Shown: positions 35,501 through 47,500 of the stretch, in pieces
Numbering within the stretch: the first letter of the stretch is position 1
Layout: every line of letters starts with the position of its first letter
Source of the DNA: Acanthaster planci
Taxonomy: Eukaryota
DNA length: 55,436 bases
Direction: 5' to 3'
Assembly (NCBI RefSeq): GCF_001949145.1
Contig: NW_019091359.1
Location: 1,257,976-1,313,411, forward strand
The notes under the pieces: model-generated
Seen by the model: only the letters and a program-made list of their open reading frames with translations
Database searches by the model: none
Told to the model about the DNA's origin: nothing
Made by a program: the position numbers and the translations under genes

Positions 35501-38500
35501 TTCATTGTCAGCAAAACTACACAGCGCCCTCTGTTGGCAGAAGACAACATACATGAAATAAAAGATATCAGTCACATGAAACCATACCTACCAGTATCTT
35601 TCTCATCAACTGTGGGGTGAAAACTTTAAAATGAGCCAAAGTAATTGTTTGAGGGCTTACATGTAAATAGACAAACGGTGGAGGGTTTGCACAATGAAAT
35701 GCATGGAACTAATTGTCCTCGATAAATTCAGCTGCGGTATTATCGTGCCTTTCTGACAATTTCAGTAGAAATGAATGTCGTAATCAGAACAACATTTAGG
35801 GTACAAAACCAAAGTCTACAAAGAGTTGTTCCTGGTCGAAAATGGAGTTTTCATAAATAATTTGGCAGCAGAAGGCTTCGGAGAAATTTTTTTCCAGACA
35901 GCATGGATTAAACAGGACTCCAGTGATCACTTGCCACTGTCACCAGAGGGTGAATATTTACATGTACAAACTATAAACCTGAAAAAATGGTGTGAAAAAA
36001 ACCCCCTGTATTTAGCATAACACTACAGAAGGGGCGGCCAAAATGAGCTTTTAGCAAAAAGCTTTGCTTACTTTACAAATTTACCAACAGGAGACTCAAT
36101 TATATGCCTTTAAATTGACAAATCTCACCCCTTCTTCGCTGTAAAAGCTGCGCTTGGCCACCGTCTTGTTATTGGTCAGACACTCCCTGACGAAGGCCCC
36201 ATAGGCAGCCTTCAGCTCCTGCGGGATCTTGGAGTCCGCTTTCTGCAGCTTGACAGTGGATTGGTCCCTCAGGGTACCCCAGAGGGCACTGACCCCAGCA
36301 CGACCTGGGGGGGGGAGAGGATGAGAAAGCAGACTTAACGATGGAGCAAAATGTTCAAATGTTAGAAAAAAGTTAGATGTTTGCAGATGTTCAAAAGGTG
36401 CTGCCCTATGGGTCACTAACCTCCACACAGCTTTCCGGCAAATTTGACTGGATCCTGCAAAATGAGTCTTAAGGGCATTTTTCAGTCATTCTGTTTAGCT
36501 TGGTTTTGAAAGAGCGAATTGAGCTCTTTCATATGAAACATCACTCAGTTTGGTATGCTGAGGAAAATGGATATTATATGAGTAGAAAATGATGAGGGCT
36601 CCTATAGATTTACATATTCCTTTAACCACTTCCTTCTGGGGAGCCCAGTTTTAGGCACATAGGCTTTATACACGAAACCGGGGAGCCCGAAACCCGACAA
36701 AAGCGCTAGGCTTTATAACAAAAGACCGTACTCGGAACAAAAGGCCAAGCTGCTAGGAATTGCTAACATATTTCCAGTTGTCAATAAAGGAGGAAATCCG
36801 TCATTGTTTTGAAAGATTATACCTCTGTTTAAGGCATTCAGGGCAAGCTGATTACCACTGGGGACAAAAGCACTCCAGTGCTCCAGTGATGAGCGATACA
36901 ATACCGCTGCACGCTAATCTGGCCCCTATTGAAAAGACGCCAGCTGCCCACTGTGTCAGTTTCGGGAACAAAAGAAACTTACGTAACACCGCACAATCTG
37001 GGCTTGTTCTACCAGGCGGCAGGCCTGGCTGAAATACTCGGGCATCAATAAATGTTGATGCCCGGATGAGAGTAGCCACCATTCGTGTGGGAGTAAACAT
37101 CCAGTAAATGAAGTCATGATTTTTTGAAGAATTTTGAAAATGGAAAATCTCCCGGTTTCATATCATGCAACTTCAAATTCCACCTGGCAGCAAGTGGTTC
37201 AATGCCTTCAACTCAAAAGTAGCTCTTGCAACATGCAACTCATTCGTTAGGCTGGGTTTCAAATGTGGAATTAAATTACCCAAAAATCCAAGTGTCACAA
37301 TGGCAAAGCTGACCGTGTAAATTAAAAAACCTGAACAATACATGTGAACAAAGCGAACAATTTCTTTTTTACCTCCCTGTTTGCGGAGGGACTGGGGCAC
37401 TGGCACCACCTTCTTCTGCTCGGGCTCGATTTGGGCCGTAGGAAGTAGTTGGCTTGCTTTCGGCCAAAGATCTTGTACAAGTCCTGCTGGTGAGGGAGAG
37501 TATCTTTGTCGACCTCCTCTCTGAAAGGGTAAGAGGACAAGTGGTTTGACCTTTGTCCAAAATTGCCAGAGAGGTCCTTGGACTGTCAACTGAACCTAAG
37601 AAATGAATCTAAAGATGCTGTTCTGCATAGTCTGCTTAGTGGTGTTTTCAAAATGAAGGCACAATACAAAACCAACACATCTCGATTTTTAAGGGGTGTG
37701 AGTGGTCACTTAAAATTAAAGCTGACAACAGCGAGCAAAAAGCTGATACATAAAAAGTTCCCATACTGTTGTACAGACTAGGTGAACATTAACACTGAAA
37801 TTCAGGTTCAACATCTAAACAAAAAAAGCTGAAATTAGCTAAAAAGCTGAATTCTCAAACCCTTGTTTTTCTATTATCTATTTCCAAATTGTATTGGAAA
37901 CTCTTCTTTGGAGCCAACTGATGAAATCTGCAAACCTTGGGCTTCACTGTAGATGGCTCCACCATCTTCTGAACATTTTCCCAAGTAAATTGAATACCTT
38001 GGTCAACTAGCTGAACCAACCTCTTCCCCAAAGTTGGATAAGGTCTGTATCTGAACTTAGCATGAGTGAGGGATCTAAAATCCTAAGAGAGGCTGGTAAA
38101 AACTTAAGTATTTTGGACAGTAGGCAGAGCAAGTCTAAGCATGGCTCTGTTGAGACACTTGAACTGTACAAAATAAGAAAAAAGATGCTGCTAATTTGAA
38201 CTGCCAGTCAGCCGTGACACAGGTGAACTTACACAGTGCAAATTACAACAAATTTGAAAAATGACAGAGGTGGCAACTTGAGGTCTCTGACGTGCAATTT
38301 ATGTGTTGAATAATATGGCACTTGGATGACAAAAATCTGCGAATACTCCCTCAGGCAGAATACGAAAACACTCCTTTGGGATTCCAGCTAATTAAGGCCT
38401 CCCAATACTTTTTTTAACCGCACTTGGGCCGTCTTAGTTTTAACCCTACTGTCCTGCCTTCAACAAGAGTGTACCCCCATCCTTTCTGTTCTGCCCCCTT

Positions 38501-41500
38501 CACACAACATCCTGTTCTTGTCACTCTAAGGCTACGGATATAGCACTTGGAGCAAACAGAGAGCCTGGAAGGCCCCAGGGTCCAGAAACACAAGATATGA
38601 ATGCGAAAGAGGCATGTTGCACGAGGCGAGTGCAGTGTACACACTTACCTGTCATGTTCTCCATCTTCATCCTTGTCATCCTCGTCGCTGCTGGATACCA
38701 CGGACAGCCGACCGCTGCGGTGCTCCCCTCGGCTGGGGATGGTGCTGAGCGTGCGGCCGATGGCCGGTGGGGCTGTGCACTGCTCTTGTTTGTCTCCGGA
38801 GTCGAGTGACGCTTGCTGGAGCTTGGCGGCCAGCTTTCGGGCCGCTCGGCGCTTGGTGCGAGCCTCTTGCCTTTCACTCTCTGTTTAACAGCAAAATATT
38901 GGTAGATATTAGATGAAGGGCATTGGAGAATAACCCAGCCTTGGGCACAGACGAAGAATCTGGAAAAGAAAAACCACAGGCAGACACAAGACATATCCTC
39001 TTACAAATTCTGCAAAACTGGAAACGGTCAGCAATGAAATAAATGTTCAAAGAGCATAAAATATTGAATTCCCATTCATAATTTCAATACTTGTATTCTT
39101 TCAAATATTCGACTCCTTTTCTTTTCTCTTTTGTGGGGGCTAAAACATTTGTTTATGGGGAGAGAGCCTAAATGTGCCCCCAAAAAAACCCTGCCTGCTT
39201 TTCTCGCAAAAAGCAGTCAGGATTTATAATCTATCAAGGGAATTACATTCTGCACACTAAAAACTACAGCTTCACAGAACACAAAACCATAATACTATAA
39301 AATTTTCCATTTGGCAAGTCTGCCTAAATCACTAATTCCTAAATGACTGTGCATTTTAAAATCTAATTAAACTGAACACTTTGAATGATTCTCGTTACTC
39401 TGAACAATATTAATTATTGCATTTAAAATAAAAGGGAAGCCCCCGGGAAACCAACTGAATGGGACCGGTGGGTTTAGCAGCTGTCTGACGCAATGCGAGG
39501 CTGTGAAGCATAACAGTTTTTACTGGTACAAATAGTTGTCACTGAGCGGCCATTGGAGCAGGATAGCAAGATTAGCGATTCCGTTTGAAATCAGCCTGTG
39601 GAAACCAATAAATCTCTTATAGGCCTCACTTGTTTTGCCTACTATTCGTACAGGAAGGCCAAACTTTGGACAGAAATTGCTTGGTGATTGACTGATGTCA
39701 GGTTTTGCCTCAAAAGGCATATCAATCCCATCCTTTATAAGTGCACCATCACTGGCAAATGGGAGACAGCCTGGTGGAAAGGTTTCCAGTCTGACGCACA
39801 TTCAAAGACCCCATTACATTCAAACTGAAATTGGTCTTGTGTGCACAGCGCATCCACGCCCGACATGCCTCAACCAGTGCGCGCACGCTATGAGTTCCCA
39901 CCAGAGGATCGTTGTTGCCGCATAAAAACCATGCTCTTTCTTGTTCCTGACTGGAGTGCATAAAGCAACGGCACTCTCTACTTGAGTATTTCCACACTAT
40001 CTGTGTTACATGTATAAAATATCAAAGTGGATAAGCTAAAAATAGCACCAAAGGGGAAACTAAAATAAACCATCATTACGAGTTTGAATAACCTGACCAA
40101 AGTATCACTGATTTACACTAGTCTGATTTCGTTTTTATTTTGATGGACAGAGAATGGAACTTGATATTTGAGTGGGCGATGTCTGACTAGCCAGGGTCTT
40201 GTAACAATGAGGAATGACTTGTTTATTTTTTACAATTTATGATATTGTCAGACATAATCACGCCCACGTGAAAGAGGAGAAAAAAGCCCCAGTTTGGTAA
40301 TATTAAGGTCATTTTAATCTGACTTGGAAAAAAGAAAGAAAAAAAAAAGCCCTCCATAGAAATTACCTAGATCAATTTTGCCTCTCTGCGTCAGCGCTTC
40401 TTGCATCTGCCGTCGTTCCTGTCGTTTAGCCTCGCGAATCTACAGATACGGAAGAGGGAATTCAACACACAAAAAGAGAGGAAAGCCATCACGTTATTTG
40501 GAGGTCACATGCATGTGGTGTCTTTTCAGCAAATTTTTTCCAGGTGAACAGGCGAATTCTAAAGGCTGCACGCTCGAGTGGAAGAACAAGGAAAAGAGAA
40601 GACTCCCGCTGTACACGTCCCTACGTGTACAGCATGAACCATCAGGGGCAGTATGTATGAGGGGATGTAGCATTTGTCTTTTCCCTAGAGCCTGTAAATT
40701 TATAATGCTTGGAGTCTCCTGTATTTTTTTTTCGCCATCTATTCATTCTCCCCCAAAGACTGGCCAGTAGATTGATGCTGGGGAAGAGAAATGAATTACT
40801 GGACTATTTTTAATGGGTGAAATGATAAATTTGTTTGTCTCATCTGTCGGGCCAATTTCTGACTGGAGGAAATGCAAAATGGGTGAATCTGGGGGTTTAG
40901 TCAATTTACCATGAATGGCACCAGATTCCAAGAATTCGTTTGCCATGGCTTGAAATTTTTTGGGCAGTTGTATGGGACTCATTCCTCACAAGCCACGAAA
41001 GGATACCATTCTTTGACAATTGCACATGTACCACAATGAAAGAACTGTGAGGTTTCACTTTAACAAATACACGTAGCATTTTTTGATGAAATATAAAAGT
41101 AAATATCTTATCGTAAATGTCAAATAGCAAATACACACTTCTGGACATTATACCACTACATGCAGTCATTTACTTGAAATGCTCTATTCATCCATGGATA
41201 CTCAATGTGATGACGTTCAAGCATTCATTTCACCAGCGATTGTTGAAAAAAAGAGAAACTGGCTTGCAGACGAAGCACAGTTCAATATGCTTTTCATGTC
41301 CACACAGGTGAGGAGAGGAAAAAACCTGAAGATAAATTCAATCTGCCCTTGAACTAAATGGCGATGGAGTTCAAAGTGGGCGAGGGTTGCGTGAATTTAC
41401 TGAACGGCACAGGCTAAATCTACAGAGATGTTAATGCCGACGAGGTGTACTATTCCCCACGGTCGGGCCTCAGCTCAAGTCAGATTTGCATGAGGCTAGA

Positions 41501-44500
41501 CCATCCTCTGGTATTGACATAATCAAATTGTCCGCCCATATCGCTAATGGGTGAGGGACGCACACAGACATGTCCCACAACTTTCATGGAAGCACGCTGA
41601 ATGAGGGATGGTGAATCGGGCAAATATTAAGCACGCATTGACTTTTGCAATTAGTTTTTTTTTTGGTGGATATCCCATATATCAAAATGAGAGATGGCCC
41701 ATTATTTACAAATTCGGTAAATGCATCAGAGTGGTTAAGTGGCACGCAAGGGATGACATGAGCTGGGGCTCATTTTAGACTCGGGAACCTCGAGAATAGA
41801 AGGTTAAAGCGGCATGTACAAATGCCCTTCATAATCGATGTTGATTTTGCCCTAAATCAACCGCAATTAATTTCTCGTCAGTTGAGAATATTAGAATTTG
41901 AGACAGGCACTGCAAACAAAAGAAAGATGTTACACATAGATTGAAATTTTGTTTCTAAGTAAAGCAAAGAATGAAATACCGGTACAAGAAGATGGAAAAA
42001 CCAATGTGGAAAACCACTAGGGGGAAATTGACAGAAGGGGGAATGTTCAAATAACAGAAATAGTGGAAATCAACAGACTTTATAGATGAACAAAGTGAAT
42101 TTTCACTTCCAGTTGAAATAGTCATGTTTGTGCAAAATCTATATTTTTTGTACAATCAACCCTCTGAACCACTGTCATTTCTAACTAAAGATCCAATGTT
42201 TCTTACAAATATCACTGAAGACAGCGGCAGTTTTGCCAGTTTTCATCTAGAATTACATATGTAACTCTGGTAAAATGTGGTGAAATACTACATGTAGGTG
42301 AACAAATCTTGTGCATGTAGGTACATGTATATGTACATGTGGTGTGCAGTGTGCATGAATGTATATTCAGATTGAAATTCAATCCACTCATAGTGTGCCA
42401 ACAAATTGACAATCGATATAACGGAAAGTTCAAATTTACAGATAGGGTTAGTGCTGTCTGAATCATACATTTTGTTATCACGCCTGTACACTTACTGAGG
42501 AAGGTTCATCCGTTTCCATCTAGTACAGCATGTAAACAAAAGTCGATAAACAGTCAATTAAAAATAACTTGTGAATTGCAACTTCTGGTTCTGTAAATGA
42601 GCAGTTATGAAGTTCTTGAAGATCTACAGATTCTTGTGGGGAAATACAACAACAAAAAGGAGTTTGTCTTTAAGTTGAACTATCTGCTAAGTTGCCGACA
42701 GCTTGCTCTGTACTTACACCTGTGTATCAGTGAGTTATGTTTGGTTCATACCAACCACAAAGACTGCTTTTTCATGGTGCTAGACGACAAAAAGAAGGAC
42801 TCTAAGCACCAAGAAAAAACAGTCTTCGGAATCGGCGCCGCCTCTTCAGAACTCAGCTCAAGATTCCTTCAGGCTTGTGCTCTTGTCAGTATCAATCAAG
42901 ACAAATCCCAACTCTTCTCACTTAAGCCGCCTTTATGAACCTGGGGTCTCAGTCTGTGCTGTGTCTGACATAAGAGTGAGATTTGTAGTTTAGGTATAAA
43001 CCAAATGTGTACAATAGACACAAATGGGCTGGAAATCCACCGCATGGAAAAGTCTTCAGGCCTTAGAAATAAAAAAAACCCAACCAATCTGGAGATAGCT
43101 TTTGCAAGCTACATGTATTTCTACAAATAATTAGAAGATATATTTCACACCCCTGGTGACTAACTGCACCTCGAGTCACAAAACCACCTTTCAAATATGA
43201 ATTTACTGGCCTAAACTTTAATCATTAACACCAGTGAAGCTTATTTTGCTGGCTGGCAATGAATTATTCCATCCTGAGAAGAGAAAATCCTGCATGAACA
43301 GAGACCATCCAGCGTAAAGGTACCCTTTCTAAGTGGCTCAGATAAATTCTGAACAGTTTCAGCTTCTTTTTCTCCTTGTTTAACAATTTTCAATGGTCAG
43401 ATCTTCCCCCCATCATTTCCACTGGTTATGGTGCCTCCAACATCTCCCGCAGCACGATCAATCTTAATCCTCAACCTCCTGACACTCACTGACAGGCCGA
43501 GTCTCTTCGGTATTCGGATGGCGGACGGCTGAAGGGTCCTCAGTCAGACCCGAGAGCAAGGACCTTCTCCACGGTCAGACGGGACTCTGTGTCTCCATCC
43601 TACCCTGGAGATGTCCAGAGTTGCGAGTGACCACGCAGAGGCTCTGATTTCAACTGGTGCTTAGATCATTCCGGTCTGGGCACTATCCACCACCTGAAAC
43701 CAGGCCCCGGGGTGGCAAGGGGGTTTGATGCAAGACGCTCTCCATGGGCTCCCCCTGTCCTGTCCGTCAGGTGCTTGCTGCTCACAGGCAACACGCCTAC
43801 ATGTACATGTACATGTGTACATGTAGCTTGACCAGTTCATCATGTGCCACCAGAGGAGAATTCAGGTAGCGCGCTTTGTGATGTCGTTGACATGGAAAGC
43901 ATTTTTAATATAATTCATATTATTATTATTAAAACAAAACACAAGTCATGTCTAACAGCTTGCTTAACACACCCCTATGTCAGGCATGCAGACGATTCAT
44001 GTCTACATACATGTATATGAGTAGTATTTCCTGGATGGCTGGGCATGTACCAGCATGTACTTCAACACCCAAAACGTGAAATAGCATGACGGTTTAATAT
44101 ACACTACTCACAGAAAGTTAAGGACCACTTTTTATTTTGTGTATACATTTTTATATGAGATATTTCACTGCTGAAAATTTGCATTTGATGTTTTGAAACA
44201 TTTCTTAAAATTTTTTACTCCAATGAGAACACCATCTAGACAAACAAAAATTGATAGAACTAGAACTCAGTCATTGCTAGGAAAAAAATTACTAGTTACG
44301 AAAAAAGTGGTCCTTAACTTTTTTTTGAGTAGTGTACACGTACATTGCTGAAACCATCAACGGCAAGCGTCTCCTGTTTTTAGAAAATCTGAATTCTTTG
44401 AAGTCAAAAATGGAGGGGAAAAATAAGCTACTGCCAATTTTGGGGCAATATGATGGATGCTGATTTTTATTAAAAGCAGAAACCACACCTGTTTGGTATC

Positions 44501-47500
44501 CCATAGTTTGGTTTCATTCCAGTCTTAGTCTGCATGCTGATTCACAGGATATTGTTGGGAAGTGCTCACATCAGGGCAAAAATGTATCTGAGCAACATTG
44601 CCAACATGACAGTAGCCCACTGTCCCGTTACTGTGTTCTGTGTCACCCACACTCCATGTACATGTGCATCAAACCTGAGTCTTGAGTTTCTGGCTAATCT
44701 AATATGAAGTGAGAGTAAATTGGGCCTACAATTGATGGTTCCAATCCCAAGGAAAGACGCTCTACACCTTTGGCAGAAAAACTATTAGCCTGTTTCACAG
44801 GTTAACAAGGAATTTGACACTGGGCTCAAGGGATTAGTGCATAATTTCCCTGCCAAGGTGGTAAATGCAGAATTCTGTGGTTAGAGGAATTCTGAATGTA
44901 GTCCTATCCCTAGTACTCGTAACTAGGAGAAAGATCTTTTTTCTTTCGATTAGACAACAATCAGAATACACATGTACAGTAATATTTGATCTATTTAAAG
45001 ACTCTGTGGACATCAGTCACTTGTGAAAACATCTAGACATTCAGGCTGGAATCTTTCTGTAACTATAAGTAATTCCAACAGTTTGTTTATAACTGTACAT
45101 GTAAATGTAGCCTACATATGGGCAGTATGAAGGAACTCCTCAAACAGATGTTCACTGTACATGTTTATTTACAGCACTTTGGGATTTCAAAAATCTTGTG
45201 ATAATGCTTGTGCATTACACATATCCCAACTGATGACTACAGATAACCATTAATAGACAGATAACCATTAATAGACACGGAATCTAAATTTGGTGTTTTT
45301 CTAGTTTCTTGCAGGGACTATGTAAATCCTTGTCCTTTAGTTACAGTATGCGAATCACAGATTTCATTGCGATGTACGTGCACAGAAATCAACTTCCAAT
45401 CAAATTACTGATGGTTGGCAGACAAAACTGATGACGGGAAAAAATATCCTGACGCAGGAGAGGTGTCACAAAGCAAAGCAGAAGGTTTTTGACACTGGAA
45501 AGATTGAACAGATGACGGAATCAGACAGACACTGGACATGCAGATTGTGTGGCTGTACAGACAGATCATTGGGAGACCACATTTAAAAGCCATCACTGAG
45601 GTGGCAATGCAATTATGTGCAGGTTTGTAGCAGTACACGGATACTAGATGCTACTCAAACTCAGTGCTGCGATTGGCATTGTGGTTGGATAAGACTTCAT
45701 GTAGGTGGAATGACAGTGAAACTGGCCAAAATTGGCTGAATTTGCTTGCTACAAATTATTGCTTTACCAACTGGGCCTAATTTTATGATGCCATTTAGTA
45801 AATTTACATGTACGGTATATGCCAAGAAATCTTTCGGATGGCTACCAATCAGAAGCAAATAGAGTCATCGTGCTGAGCAAATGAATTCTGTGGTTAGGCA
45901 AACAAAGGTCTGCTTCCCACTTCATGGCATCTTATAACAGGGCAAGTAAATGGCACATGCAGGCACTTTTCTCTTAGGATGTGCGGCTACTTACATGGTT
46001 TGGAATAACAACAGCAAGAAGGGTCAAGTGGGATTTCTTTTAAATGAAACAAACACTTGAAAGGGAACTCCTGCTGTGTGCAATGGTACCAATTGCAGGT
46101 GTAAGTCCATCGAACCTCTCTGAACCACATTCAATCTACGGTTATGTACCAGTACAACAATAACATTTCTTTTTCTTTTTTGCCAATTTCATATTGGGTA
46201 GGTTGGGAAACAGGAAACAGAACTTTAGGGGGGCATCGCAGCTCTATGTACCGTATGTCATTGGCAGCTGGTGTTCAGTATGTCCAATTTCCATTTTGAC
46301 ACGACAACATGTGGAAGTTACATTCAAGTGAATCCCCCTTACTGCCACAGAACTGAAAATGAAATTCACCTGATTTTTGGTACACAATCTCGGTCATCTC
46401 ATCACACCAAAGACTGATATACATGTACATGTGTGTCTTTACAAGGTCATTCAGTGGTTCAATTTTTCCGTAGCATGTTCCCTTTGCCAAATGTTTGTGG
46501 TGAGGTGAGATTATACATGTTTATATTCATCTCCAAAATCACATTACTTGATTGTCCTCAAGCTGAAAACCTTACACACTGCGAAGTTTGGTACCCTGTA
46601 CAATGTACACGAGGAATGATCTATATACATGTACACGTACATATAAAAGCAAGTTAATTTTGTTCGGGGCACACTGAGCCACGGATGACAATGAAAAGAC
46701 ATACAATACTCTTGTCATGTACATTTTTCTGCTCTATCGTAAAATCTGGCACAACAAGCAAACAAACTAATTAGCCACGACCATTCCTGAAAATGCATTA
46801 CTCTGCTTGCAACATGCATGTAAAATGCAAACTGAAGCGCCATCTTCATCCGAGAAAAGACGGGCTTACCATGTTGTCAGTATGTCTGCAGCAGAGAATT
46901 TGAATATGCATTCCCTGAAGCAGTGGGTGCTTCATTAAAGGGTCATTTGGATAAAAACATACACGGCATTTACAAATGCTAATGTACCACAAAAACAAAG
47001 TTGCATTTTTCCACCGAGAGCTAGACGCACTAAGGATCAAGATGTGGTGTGAATACAACTACAAGCCTCAAGGATACAGCATATCTATTGCCTCGTAAAC
47101 GTGAAGGCAAAAATTGTCCTTCTTCAACAAGAAATCCTATTATACCAGTCTCCACGCTGGATGGCATTGAATGCACCTGAGAATGCACAGCTCAGCAGAA
47201 ATGACAGAGGTCCTGCGGTAGTGGAGTGCGTGCTACATTCTGCGGTTGATTCAAGTTACTTCATTGAGGACTTGGTGAGTGCTGGATGCTGCATTGAAGA
47301 TGGATTGAATGAATCTTCTGGCCTTCTGGGACAAATTAAACTTGACTCTGCTCGCACACAAAGTAACTACGGTCAAAGGCAGTGTGTCTTAAATTGTTAC
47401 CCTTCTAACGTTGTTATTTCCAAAGCGTTTTGCATTTGCCGGGCTTCATCTATGGCTGTCTCATCAGAATGAAACACAAAGTGACACTTCCCAGGTTTAT

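Noticed and set aside
38521..38994. 157-aa minus-strand ORF (RVKGKRLAPSAERP...)
   Set aside because: Alternative frame of the true exon; incoming phase and composition favour ESERQEARTKRR...
39520..39801. 93-aa minus-strand ORF as an extra exon of the unknown gene
   Set aside because: The flanking exons already join in phase, codon usage is AT-rich and there are no strong splice sites.
47101..47472. 123-aa ORF or possible reverse-transcriptase relic (minus-strand AFSGAFNAI)
   Set aside because: No convincing motif series, multiple stops on the minus strand and no supporting splice sites.
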